Assembly: GCA_012295275.1 (NCBI GenBank)
Contig: CM022673.1
Span: 2,790,001 to 2,854,000, forward strand
DNA from: Chrysomallon squamiferum
Lineage: Eukaryota > Animalia > Mollusca
Direction: 5' to 3'
Length of the DNA stretch: 64,000 nucleotides
Within the stretch, counting starts at the first letter, position 1, and each line of letters starts with the position of its first letter. Below, piece after piece: positions 9,729 to 21,396 of this stretch. Under the pieces are notes generated by a model, which was not told the origin of the DNA, did no database searches, and was given only the letters and a program-made list of their open reading frames with translations. The translations under genes were made by a program, and so were the position numbers.

Positions 9729-12410
9729 AGTGTCAGTCGTCACATGTTAGTCTGAAAAATGAGGTGCTTTATTAACAGACTTTACCTTAAAATGAATGAA
9801 TGAATAATTAACACCCCAATGCAAATAAATAAACAAAAAACATAAAACAAAAAATTCAATTATCTCATTGCTGAATTGTAAACTTTTCAGTAATAACTAA
9901 CATGGATTTTAATTCCTAAAAACATTTGCTATAAATCAGATCCTCATTTAATTGAACGGACGCAATAAATTCTTTTCAATTTGAACAAAAAAGTGCTGTA
10001 CTGTTTAACAGGGGATAAGCTATTTTCACTGCAATAATTGTTATATTTTCTAAAATCTAAAATGCATTTAAATATGCAATACTAGACATTACAATTTAAA
10101 TGGGGAAAAACTAACCACTTAATAAAGTGACATTTCTTCAAATCTTGAAAAATATTAAAAAATTGGGCTGGTATCCATTTCAAATTTACTTAAAGAAATA
10201 TTGAAAAAGGTCTGATGTGATCTTTTACATGCATCTTCCAAGAAATATGAAAAAGGGAAAACAAAACCAAAAGTTTTAACTTTAATAAACTTATCATGGA
10301 TAACTACATACAATTATTCAACACTTTCATTCTGGTAACCTATTACCTAATTTTGGAGATGTTCCTATCAAGTATCTGAAAGTTTTTTTATTGATGTTTT
10401 TAGCCAAGTAAAAGGATTAAGTTGGATTATGTACATGTATTTAATATAACAGTATCCTTTCAAAACATCATTTAGAAAATGAGCTGAACATCATTTCTTG
10501 GAGCAACTGTTTTGCCTATACTTTAGAAATGGAAAGTCAGAGATTTTATCTACCTATCAAAATTTAAGATTAATTTCTTGTATAATACGTACTTACTACT
10601 TTAAACTTTACTTTCATGTACAAATATCTGGGGTATTTTAATAGTAATGTACAACAAAACATTATTGAGTATTTACAGAAGCTACCATTTTCCCTTGTTG
10701 ATATTACACAAATGTTAATAAAAATATTAAAATCTGTAATGAAATTTACTAAATTCTGTAGTTTCTTTTTGAACATCTAGATACAAAATGACAGAAGAAA
10801 GAAAATATCACTTTTTACGTATTCTCACAACTGTAGTGGTATGTTTTTACTAAGAATAACATATTAACATTTAAACAAAAATAGGCGATATATCTGGTGT
10901 ACCCATTTTTTATCAACTGAGGATCAATATTTTTAGAACAATTTAAAAAACATGAGTTTTAAATATCAGTGTTTCTCATAAGTAAACTTTCAAACATCTG
11001 TAGATCAAATAACTATTCCTTTCTTTTTCAACTACTTCATAATTATAACAATAATAAATTGTATCAAAGTATAAATCTCTATTAAATTATTTAAATTACA
11101 TTTTTTTTTTTTTTTTCTAATGAAAGGATGAATGTCTGTCATATTAAGCTATATGTACAATTCAGATACATTTTAATCCACTTCAAAGAATAATCTGATA
11201 ACTAATATTCGAGTATCATCAGTGTCAAATAATTTTGACTCATACTGTATTTATTAAAAACATATTCATAATGCAATTGGAGTTTACATTCAGTGAAATT
11301 ACTAATAAAGATTCGTTCCGTTTTTGCCTGTCCAACTGTGTATGAAAAAATAAATTTGGCTAATATAATTAAATTATTGTTTGATTTTCTGCTTCATTTT
11401 GTTTTAATTTTCAGATATATAAATTATTTTATGTCTATTCCCTTTTTAAACATTATAAGGGTTTGAATTAGGATTACTGATGACTATAATAGTATAAAAA
11501 AATGTTCAGCAATCTTTGAAAATAAAAAATATTTAATACATATATATTTTACTGCACAACAATGTGTGTTACATAAAATAAATTTGATATATTATACCGT
11601 TTCATGATAATCCAGTATGAAAGGTTTTTCCTATTATTTAGTTCAATCACAATAATTGTTTTCAAAAAATTATCATGAACTTGTTTATTTATTACATTAT
11701 GTAGCCAACTTTTTTCTGTAATTTTGGGGGGTTTTATTTTTGAATTACCACTTGAATCATGTACCGTTCCTCCCACCCACATAAAAAAGTTTTGAAAGTC
11801 ACCACGCTTGTGTAACGTAAACAAACAAAAAAAAAAAAGAAAAAAGCTTAGCGCTACTGTTATTTTAGGTCAGTAACCAGGCCAGCTTGACCTAGTTAAG
11901 TACTCTTTTTGTTCGTAAATTTGTTTTTTCACTTTACGTACGTTGGAGTAATATATACAAAATAACTTTAAGAGACGACCGTAACAACTGCCTTATCCTG
12001 TGATAAAATCGTCGACATTTTGTAACTAAACTTATCTAGATTTTACTGCCCTTTTGTATAATGAACTATTTCCTTTCGCGGTTGAATAAGCGGTGCGTAC
12101 TTAAAGGCGTGGAAAGTTCAAAGATGTCATGTATTCGTACACCGCACCATATTTAATGCAGAGCACTTTTTTTTCCCACTCTTATTTTGAAAATAATGTT
12201 TAACACACAGAAACATTGTGAAAAAATAAAAAGTTTTTAAAAAATGTACATGTGTTATTATCATGAATTTTCTATGAACATAAAAGAAAAGGTTTTCATA
12301 TTAATTTGGGGAGTAAAAGGACTGGCTTATGTCCATGCACTCCAAAAAAAAAAAAAATACGCCACGTCACGACATGCAACACCTCGACAACCTAATACAC
12401 ATTAAATTAC

Positions 12411-12985
12411 CTCATTCAGTATCCTAAATTGAAAGTTTCATCATTTAATACTATCATTGCTGATGTTTTAAATAAGAAAATGCATAAATTGTTGTTTTTA
12501 AATGCTACATTCGTGTAAATGCTGTTTTCACCAGTTAACATGTTTTCGATTCTTGTGCTTCCAGCCTCATTAGCATAATTTATGCTCCAATTGCCATTAC
12601 CTTCTTTTTCAGTTATATTTCATCCTGGAATCGATGTTTTTGGTGTCTGGGCTTAACTAGTAAGCCTAGATTTTATGGTGATCAAGTCTCATCTGGCAGA
12701 CAGGTTTATAATGTCCGATTAGCCCAGGACTATCCCGAGTTTTCCTTTGTTGTAGGCCTATGCCAGAATGGCTTCACCCCGCAAGGCGGAGGGGAAATTG
12801 TAACATGGGAACAGGCCCTACATCAGAATTTGGGAGTAAAACTGAGTAAAAATCTTTCACGCAGACTATAGCACATCGGACATAGAAGCAAAGAAAATAT
12901 GTGCAAATTGAGTCTCCAATATAGCATCCAATTTTACTTGTTTTTTCCTGGTTCTTTGTCACAAAGCGATCCAAGATTGCAATAT
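12411..12985 (-). other. ZC3H4: Probable non-coding first exon (5' UTR) of the ZC3H4-like gene
   Basis: Donor GAG|GTAATT at 12410, locally raised CpG and GC content, lies just downstream of promoter motifs. The 5' end is approximate. Confidence 0.5.
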
Positions 12986-13040
12986 GGCGAACTGATGTCA
13001 GACATCACGTGACCTGTCACATTCCAGAGATACGTGCGTG
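12981..13040. promoter_or_regulatory. Promoter core: YY1-like AATATGGCG and E-box/CLEAR-like GTCACGTGA within overlapping palindromes
   Basis: aatatggcg 12981-12989; tgatgtc-a-gacatca 12993-13007; tcacgtga 13005-13012; gtgac-ct-gtcac 13009-13020. Confidence 0.6.
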
Positions 13041-14732
13041 GGTTTCTCCCATAAATGAAATTTCAGCCTTTTGTAGAAAATATGGACAGTTAATTGCAAT
13101 ACTAACTTATAAAAATCTCATTTTGTGCTTTGGAAAATTTATTTAAACATATTTTATCAATATTATTTCTGTAGCAATTTAGTTATTCATGATAAATGAA
13201 CATGCTTTCACCCCTTTCAGTTGAATTGGTTTATCCGATGATTGAGAATGATGCCACGCCTCCACGAAACTGTTTTGTAGCACTATTTGATCGAAAACAA
13301 CATTGAACTTGTTATCATAAAAGGCTCGTCTATTTCATTGACAGGGAGAAAAACTGAAAAGCATGGTTGACGCATACATATGCATCAGTTTTCAGAAAAC
13401 ATGCTCAGAAAGATATAGTGTGACTAATCCAGAGCGGATCCAGAGATGTGTTTGGAAGAGTGTTCTCCCCCCTCATTAAAATGATCAGAATTTTTTTTTT
13501 TATAAAAATAATAATTATAAAAAAAAATATAAATAAATAAATAAATAAATAAAAAAAAGAATAATAAAATAAATAATAACTAAATAAAATAAATATTATA
13601 TCTGCTATATTAAAACGAAAGAATTTTTTTCTTTATTATTATTATTATTTATTGGACATTTATTCCTTGGAAACTGAACTGATTTCTAATATTGCAGTTG
13701 CCATAAGTATCATCCACCAGCCATAATTATACAGGAATGTAAGCAAATCCTGAACACCCCTAGGACAAACTATAACAGGTTTTGATTTATAATTTTCAGT
13801 TGGGGTCAACGTATATTTATTTCGCTGCAAATTTGTAGAATGCTTGGACGAATACATTTTCGTCAAGGTAATCTACGCTGAAGAATTTAAATACATTAAT
13901 TTTATTATTATTTTAAAAAACAAAATAACAACAACGATTTTTGTTTGTTTGTTTGTTTATGCTTGAAGTTTTTTTTTATTTTTTATGTTTTTGTTGGTGT
14001 TGTTGTTTTTTCCCGATTAACATTAAAGCAGTAGTGACTTCGGTAATTATAAATATTATTCTATGGCGATCGTAAGTTTAATTTTACATAAACCCACTCC
14101 CATCACTCCAAGCGATTTTTACTTTTTTTTTTTTTGTACAATTTCCCGCGACAGAATAACTCGCACCAGCTTTTGATAGCAAATATAGTACTATTACTAA
14201 TGCTAGTAATTATTATTATTATTATGTTAAAGACTGATGAAAACTCCGCGTGTGTGTGTGTGTGAATTTCTCTGCCCATTCATATATATAATTACAAGTA
14301 TGTTGCACATAATTATGTCTAAATGAAATGAGGCTTAAGTCAAAGGATATATTAGGTTGCAGGATTAAACCTTGTAACTTACTAGTCGTATATCAAAGGC
14401 CATAGTTTGTGTTTTCTAGTCTACTTGTATTTAAAAAGTCTGTAACTAGTAAGGGTTAAATATTGTCTAACTGACACTTGATAACCATTAATATAAAAAT
14501 AAATGTGCGAAAAATTATTAAATATTCATTTATTCATTAACAAGGGTAATTCCATTATTTCTACTTAAAAAGTGACTATGTATGGTAATCTGATGGTCTA
14601 AATCATTTTTAATAAGCTTGCATTGATTACTGGAAACTGTATAATATGTAGGCAGTGTTTTTGCGCTCTTTCAATAAAAATAACATTTCTTAAGATTCTT
14701 AATGATGGGCACTCTTAGATAAATTTTACTCT

Positions 14733-14797
14733 GCCTTGTTGTTATGTAGTGGTTAAGCCACCAGTGTCAAGCCTGATGGTTACTAGGATCAAATCTT
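14733..14797 (+). mobile_element. Degenerate tRNA-derived SINE head
   Basis: gccttgttgttatgtagtggttaagcca...ggttactaggatcaaatc: A-box-like (tgtagtggttaag) and B-box-like (ggatcaaatc) motifs at tRNA spacing, but no intact cloverleaf. Confidence 0.4.
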
Positions 14798-17700
14798 CAT
14801 TTATTCTGTTACCAAGATTAACTAACCTCCCAATATACTAAGTGTCTCAAACTTAAACTCAAGTCAGGTATATGTCAACATTTTCACAATACTGGATAAG
14901 ATTTTGAAAATATTTTTTCTTTTGTTTTATTTTTGTATATTATTTTATTTTTTCTTATTATTTTTTAAATCATTATTTATATATATGTATTCAGGTATAT
15001 TTTATTTGTATGTTACGTATTTTATGGAACACATATTCTAAAGATTATTTAAAACTCTTAAAGATTTAAGAAAATATATAACTGAATTACTAAACTGGTG
15101 AAGTTAAAATTCATTTTTGTATGGTATAAGTCCAAACAAATTTTACTGATGAATTATTTATTTAATTTAATTTAATTTAATTTATTTATGTAATTTTGTT
15201 AGTTATTTATTTATGTATATATTACTTGTTTTTATTTATTGCTTTATTAATGTGAATTTGTACTTATTTGATTATTTTTTTAAAATTAATTTTGTGTATT
15301 TGATCTTATTTGCTTGTTTATTTTTTTTAAAATGTATGCTTGTATGTCTTTACTTATTTATTTATTTTGCCTGAGGCTCAGTTCATAACATGACCAGTCC
15401 TTCTCATCTATTCAACTGGAATCTTTCCAGTTGTGATTTTTGATGGACCATCAGAAGAGTTTCTGTGGGACAATGCATGTAAATGGTTATACACTGCCCA
15501 ATCAATAAGTAGTCAATATGGCTGCCAAAAAAGGTTTCCTGTCTCTGTTATTACTGTAAGATAATTAATAAATTTTAATGTGAAAATAGACTGAGGTGTT
15601 GACAACATTCACTCCATTATTTATTAAGCATAATAGTATATAAACACTGTCTCATGTTTGCATATGTCAAACTCCATTTTACTATTTGAAAAAAAACAGT
15701 TATTATTGTTATTATCATCGTCATCATCATTATTAATGACTAATTAGTTAATTAATACTATTTTTATTTATTTATTCATTTTTTAATTTTTATTTTTTTT
15801 TTTGTCAAATCGAAGTGAAAATTTTCCCTTATCCTTTTTAACTTTTTTTTTTTTTCACAAAATATCAGTATGTATGTACATGCTTGTGTGTGAATGCTTA
15901 GATTGTTTTTACTTGCTGTATTTGTCATTTTATCTGTCTTTTTCACTGTCATATTCTGTGATGAAACTTCAGTGTTGCAAATCATGTAATGTTTGTTGAA
16001 TGTCCATAGATGTTTTATGTTTGCATTTACTCTGTTCTAGTGATCAACAATTGTCACATTTTCCTTCATCAAATTTGAATTTTAGCTGAGTCAAACATAG
16101 ATACCATGACACATTAGAACACATGCATAATATTATAGATATACACATTTATACACATTCACATACATTTATACATATACACATATGTAGTTATTCATAT
16201 ACACTTTTATGCATATTTATGCATTCACACATTTATATAAAAGCACACCTAATTATAGATCTACTATACATTTATATAAATAAAATCATATCTTCTATAT
16301 TTTATGTAAATATTCATACATTTTGTTACCAAAATATAAAATATATTATAAAAAACACATTCAGCTAGATAATGTTCATGAAAAATAATATAAAATTTAA
16401 TTTCAATTTCATATTACCTACTGTACTGTTAAAAGTTGAAAAGAAACCATGGAAGAAAAAAAAAATAAAACTGTAATTAATGTTATAGAAATTCTATAGC
16501 TTTCACTGTGGCTTTGTAAATGTACTTGTGAGTATGTGAAATTATTAAAAAATGGAAATCTAATTTAAGTCAACAATATTGGAAGAGTTATTTCCCATGA
16601 CACCAGTTTAAATGGCTGTTTTTTCATTCAGATGTCATTAGTAAGCAGAAAGACAAATGCTTTTCGATCCAAAATTCATGTAAGAAGTATTTAATATGTA
16701 TGTTATATCAAAACTTTATATGTTTATGTGTAAAAATAAATTTATCGCCAATTTTTTAGACATGAAAAATACATGTATATTTTAATGACATAAAACATAG
16801 GTGCACTGAAATAACATTCATTCAATAAGTTAATTAAATTTATTTGTAACCTCTAACAACCTATATGTTTTTGTGAAACTGATTAATGTATATTCATCAA
16901 ACAAATAATATTTTTGAAGAAAGCAAAGCCGAATTAGTAATTAGTAAGCAGAAATACTTCAGAATAGTAAATAAGGCAATATGTTGACTGAACATTTATG
17001 CTGTGTGAAGTTTGTTTTCAGTTTAAACTATACAACTCTCTCTCACTGCATCCACTTTCCTGATGATGTCCAAGTTGGCTCTTAAAAACCCAGCATCACT
17101 ATAGTGATAATGCTGATAAGACATTATTTTTGTATGCATACCATGTGTGTCAAATGATCAAAGTTCAGTCTGGTTTGAAAGCTTCTTACAGCTTGTTCGA
17201 GGCACAAGTTGTATGATGGATCTTTCTTGGTGCATGCATATGGTTTTTGCCCTTTCAAAAACCAATGCTCATTAATCAGTTTAGCTGCTATGCAAGAGGT
17301 CTGTCACTATACTGATATCGATGTTTTTAAATTACAAACCCCACCAAAAAAAAAAAAAAAAATACCCCAACAAATAAACAAATAAATAAATAATAATGGT
17401 AAAATTGAAACATCTTTACTGTTAATATTAAAACACTTGAAGTCTGCACTATTAGTATATTTTTCAAATCTGTTCATTATTTATATTAGTGTATTTGAAA
17501 TCTGCAAACAATAACATTTAAATGTGTTGATGTGTCTATTATTTGTTCTTGTATGAACTTGGAACCCTATCTGTTGACTGGATAATAATTCCAATGCAAA
17601 TAATGCTGCTTAAAGTTTAAATACAGAAAATATTTGTCAGTTCAGTTTAACTCGATCAAATTATGTGGAAATATTGTTGATAATGACATTCAAAATTATA

Positions 17701-18543
17701 TTTTGTTGAGCTATTAATTGTCTATGAAAGTAATGTCTGCAAATTTTCTTCAAGTTTTTAGTTATAGAAGTGGTAGGAGCTAAACTGTAAATTATACATA
17801 CTACTTTTTGTAACTGCTTTGTATTATGATCTGTATATATTGGTAGTATAGAGGATTGAAAGTTGAAAAAAAGAAATAGGATCAGTGTTTATTTTTCATA
17901 TCAAGATCCTAGATGTGGTTCTAACAATAAAGCCATTCAACTTTACTTGTGTGACAAACAGCAGTAAACTAGAGAGTTAATTTTATGTAGCTCTTTATGA
18001 AAGTAAAGTGTGGAATATATATTACTCACTCCTTCATGATTCTAAAATGGTAATTCTATTGCTAGTTTTGATTGTTTCAAAATAAAAAAAGTGTTAATGT
18101 TGATTTAAAATTAACTGACAAGGAATTTGTAAAATGAATGTTTTGAGCACAGTTCCATCTTGTTTACCAGAATATTGTTGTCATTATTTATTAGCAGCAA
18201 TGATCTCAGGTTTGTGAAGATAAGTATTCATCTCAATATATTGTCAATTAACTGTAATTCTGAAACAAACGGTATCCACATTGTTCTGAAAACTTTTAGA
18301 ATGCACATTGGACCAGTCAAGGTCATATTCATTTAAAATATTTCTTTAAAATGAATCAAATTTTATTTAATAATTTTCTCATTTTGCATGTTAGGATTTC
18401 TTCGCCATCAATATAAAATGACTTCCTTCTTTGTATGTGAACTAAATGGTCTTAAAAAATACTGCACCACTACATTTATAATTTTATTATTATCATTAAA
18501 TGTTTTACATTTGGTTATTATGGTTCCAACCAGTGGCATAAAG

Positions 18544-18621
18544 CAGGGGTCAGCAACCTTTTGGAGTGAGGGAGCCAAACAGCTATGCAGTGTTTTGGAG
18601 GAGGATCAAGATATCAAATTT

Positions 18622-18660
<39 letters not shown>

Positions 18661-18835
18661 TGTCTCTCTCTCTCTCAATTCTGTCTTCAATACTGAGCAC
18701 CAAAAAGTGATGCTAGGAAGCAAGGCTGCTTTGGTCTGGAGGTTTAGATAAAAAACAACGAAGTTAATGTAATAATTGGTGTCCCAAATGTTCAGTTGGC
18801 GGGCCAGACAAAAATCCCTTGCAGGACAAATTCAT
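18544..18835 (+). mobile_element. Truncated non-autonomous hAT/Charlie-like DNA transposon remnant
   Basis: Begins CAGGGGTCAGCAACCTTTT...GAGCCA (Charlie-type left end); ggcgggccagacaaaa near 18798 resembles the right subterminal motif; right TIR missing; internal (TA)/(CA)/(CT) tract. Confidence 0.55.
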
Positions 18836-21230
18836 TCCATCATTTTATATATATATATATTTAATTTTTATTCCATGTTAAAAAAAAAAATGTGATGCAA
18901 ATGAATAAATGAATGCTTAACAACACCTCGTCTACTGGGTTGCAGACATTTCATGGTGTGATATTTTTGATGACACACACACACACATTCTAATAAGTCA
19001 TTTTCACAAGTCTGGAACTTCCTGATAAAATAAAATTGTAACAAACACAACATGAACCAGGTTTTGACTTGGTTATTTTATTTGAAAACCAGCCGCGTGA
19101 AAGCATGATGTAAACAGAGATCCATTTTGATCATGCAGTGAGTAATAAATAGAAAATTTTTGTATATAGTAAACTAGAAAAAAGAGAGAAGAGTTACTCA
19201 TTTCTATAGCACTATACATTATGAGGCTATTTGAGTGCAAATCATGTATATTGGAGAAAAAAAAAAAAAAATTAAAAGGAAGAAGAAAAAAAGAATTCTG
19301 CTTTTATTTTGACATTATGCTTAATTTATTAATTTGCTTAAATAAGAAAATTTCAGGTTTGTAAGTAATTCCAAACCTGTCACCCCAGTAACATATCTTG
19401 TGACTGCCTGTGATTTATAAATATATTTATTTTTATATTTATATTCAGGCAAGTCTTAGTCAAATAAAGGGATGATGCTATTTAATTTAATTTATTTGAG
19501 CAACAATTGTGAAAGTTTAAAAAAAATAAAACAAAAAAACATTTCAAAACGATAAAAGGCAATAATGATTATACAAATAATAATAAACATGAAGCAATTT
19601 GAAAATCAAGCTATATTGAAACAACTTATCTACCTAACTGTACAGATTAGCAACAAATCTATCATTGCTTTTTTTTTTCAATATTAAATTAAGCACAGCT
19701 GACAATGAAAGCCCATTTCATCTAATTGTCTATCACTCCATCCATCTGCACCATCACTTCAACTTGTTCCATCTCGCTCAGTAAAAGGTTTAATCTAACC
19801 AATCATATTGCATCTAATTTTAAACCGACCAACTGTCAAGTCTGTGTGGTGAAACCAACCAATCAGTGGGTTGTATTTTGCTCTAATGGCTACCTTTTTG
19901 TTTGATTATCAACTGATAACAATATGGTGTGTTCATTCTCAACATTTACTTAACGATACAACATCTAAACACATAATTACAAACTAAAAATACAATCAAT
20001 ATACAATCAATGGTTATTTGCAGCAAAAGTAAAAATGAAAATTAGGCATTGCGAATGATGAAATCATTTGATGAAAAGAATAAAATGAAGTAAGAAGCCA
20101 TTATGAGATATCCATAGAAACTTGGTGAAAAACATTTAAAAAAAAGAAGAAAGAAATTCAATGAAAAATAACTGTTCAAATTAAGTACTAAATTGTTTCA
20201 AAATTAATGCTCTTTTAAAAATGGTTTATTGCTTTTCGTTACAGTGAAAATTTTGCTTTTATTCTGACTAAATAAATAACAATTATTATTTTTAAAACGA
20301 TAATAAATAAAATAGATATGATTCCATCTCTTTAACATGTTTTGGCATATCCTTGATGTACTAAAAAATAAATCTTCAGTAATAATAATTATAATTTTTC
20401 AAAAGAACAGAATGTCCTATATTTTTTTAAAATTATTTCTTTGTATCTGCTATACAAATGTATTAAATTAAAAAAAAATACAAAAAAAAAAAAAAAAATA
20501 AAATAAAACAACCAATAATAAAACGTATTGTCTGCTATATATATTTCAATAAATTAAAAAAAAAAAAAAAAAAAAAAATCATTCTGCTTAAAAGGTTATA
20601 ATTGTGAATTTAATCAAAATATATCATAAATGAGAAAAAACCCACCTTCCCTAATATCTTCTTACTGAAGTTGTACAATTTAAAAATAATATAACATTTA
20701 TTTCTGCTTAAGGACAACAATTATATCACTTTCAGGTTTTATTATGATCTACAATGAAAATGTTATCACTTGTTAAGCCATACATAAAGATTATATTGGC
20801 AAAAAGAGTTACCATGCCAAATATTTAAAAAAATGAAAATTAAATTCACCTTCTAATAGTAAAATATAAAATTATTTTTGTTAATATACAGTTGTTAAGT
20901 GACATACAATATCCAATAAAAAGCGCCTTTTATCATTTTGAATTTGGATTATTGTTATATATAAAGATATATATATATACACGTTTACAAAATTATATAA
21001 AAATGTATGCAGATTTTCTGCTGTTTTTTTTTTTTTTCTAAATGTTTTCTTTTATGTTATTAGTTTATGTTCTTTCCCACTGATCTTTTCAGCTTAAAAA
21101 GTTGTTACACATTTCCCCTACCCCACCCTACCCCTCCCCTTCCCCACATTTCATCAGCAGTTGTACATGTTCTGCAATTTGGTTATTTTGATATCAAATA
21201 AAGAAGAGTCTGCTAAATGAAAAGTAAATT

Positions 21231-21396
21231 CTATGTGGCTTGTTGTTCTGAATCATTGAGGTTAGGTTCACTCCGCCATTTTTTTTTATGCTGTTCCCTT
21301 CCAAATCCTTCATCGTAATTTCCCTTTCGAGTGAACAGTTGCTTATAATGATTCGTACAATACATTATACCATTATTCACGGCAAATGTTTTTGGC
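21231..21396 (-). CDS. EPLIN/LIMA1/Xin/LIMD2-like LIM protein, terminal exon (second half of LIM domain)
   Basis: Acceptor tttcgtttcag; phase 2; PKTFAVNNGIMYCTNHYKQLFTRKGNYDEGFGREQHKKKW...QQAT*; KGNYDEGFG is diagnostic of EPLIN-class LIM domains. Confidence 0.93.

Noticed and set aside
13430-13762. Harbinger-like MITE (cagagcggatccag ... aaatcctgaacacccct)
   Set aside because: Ends too degenerate to demonstrate a TIR pair by eye; the same applies to fragments at 41690-41765 and 55561-55590.
14733-14797. tRNA gene
   Set aside because: A/B-box remnants only; acceptor and T stems do not pair.
17241-17264. Histone 3' stem-loop
   Set aside because: 9-bp stem and 6-nt loop do not fit the 6-bp/4-nt consensus, and there is no histone ORF.
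21210-21233. Stop-codon readthrough of the LIM gene
   Set aside because: TAG-A context with a second TAG six codons later; no readthrough signal.
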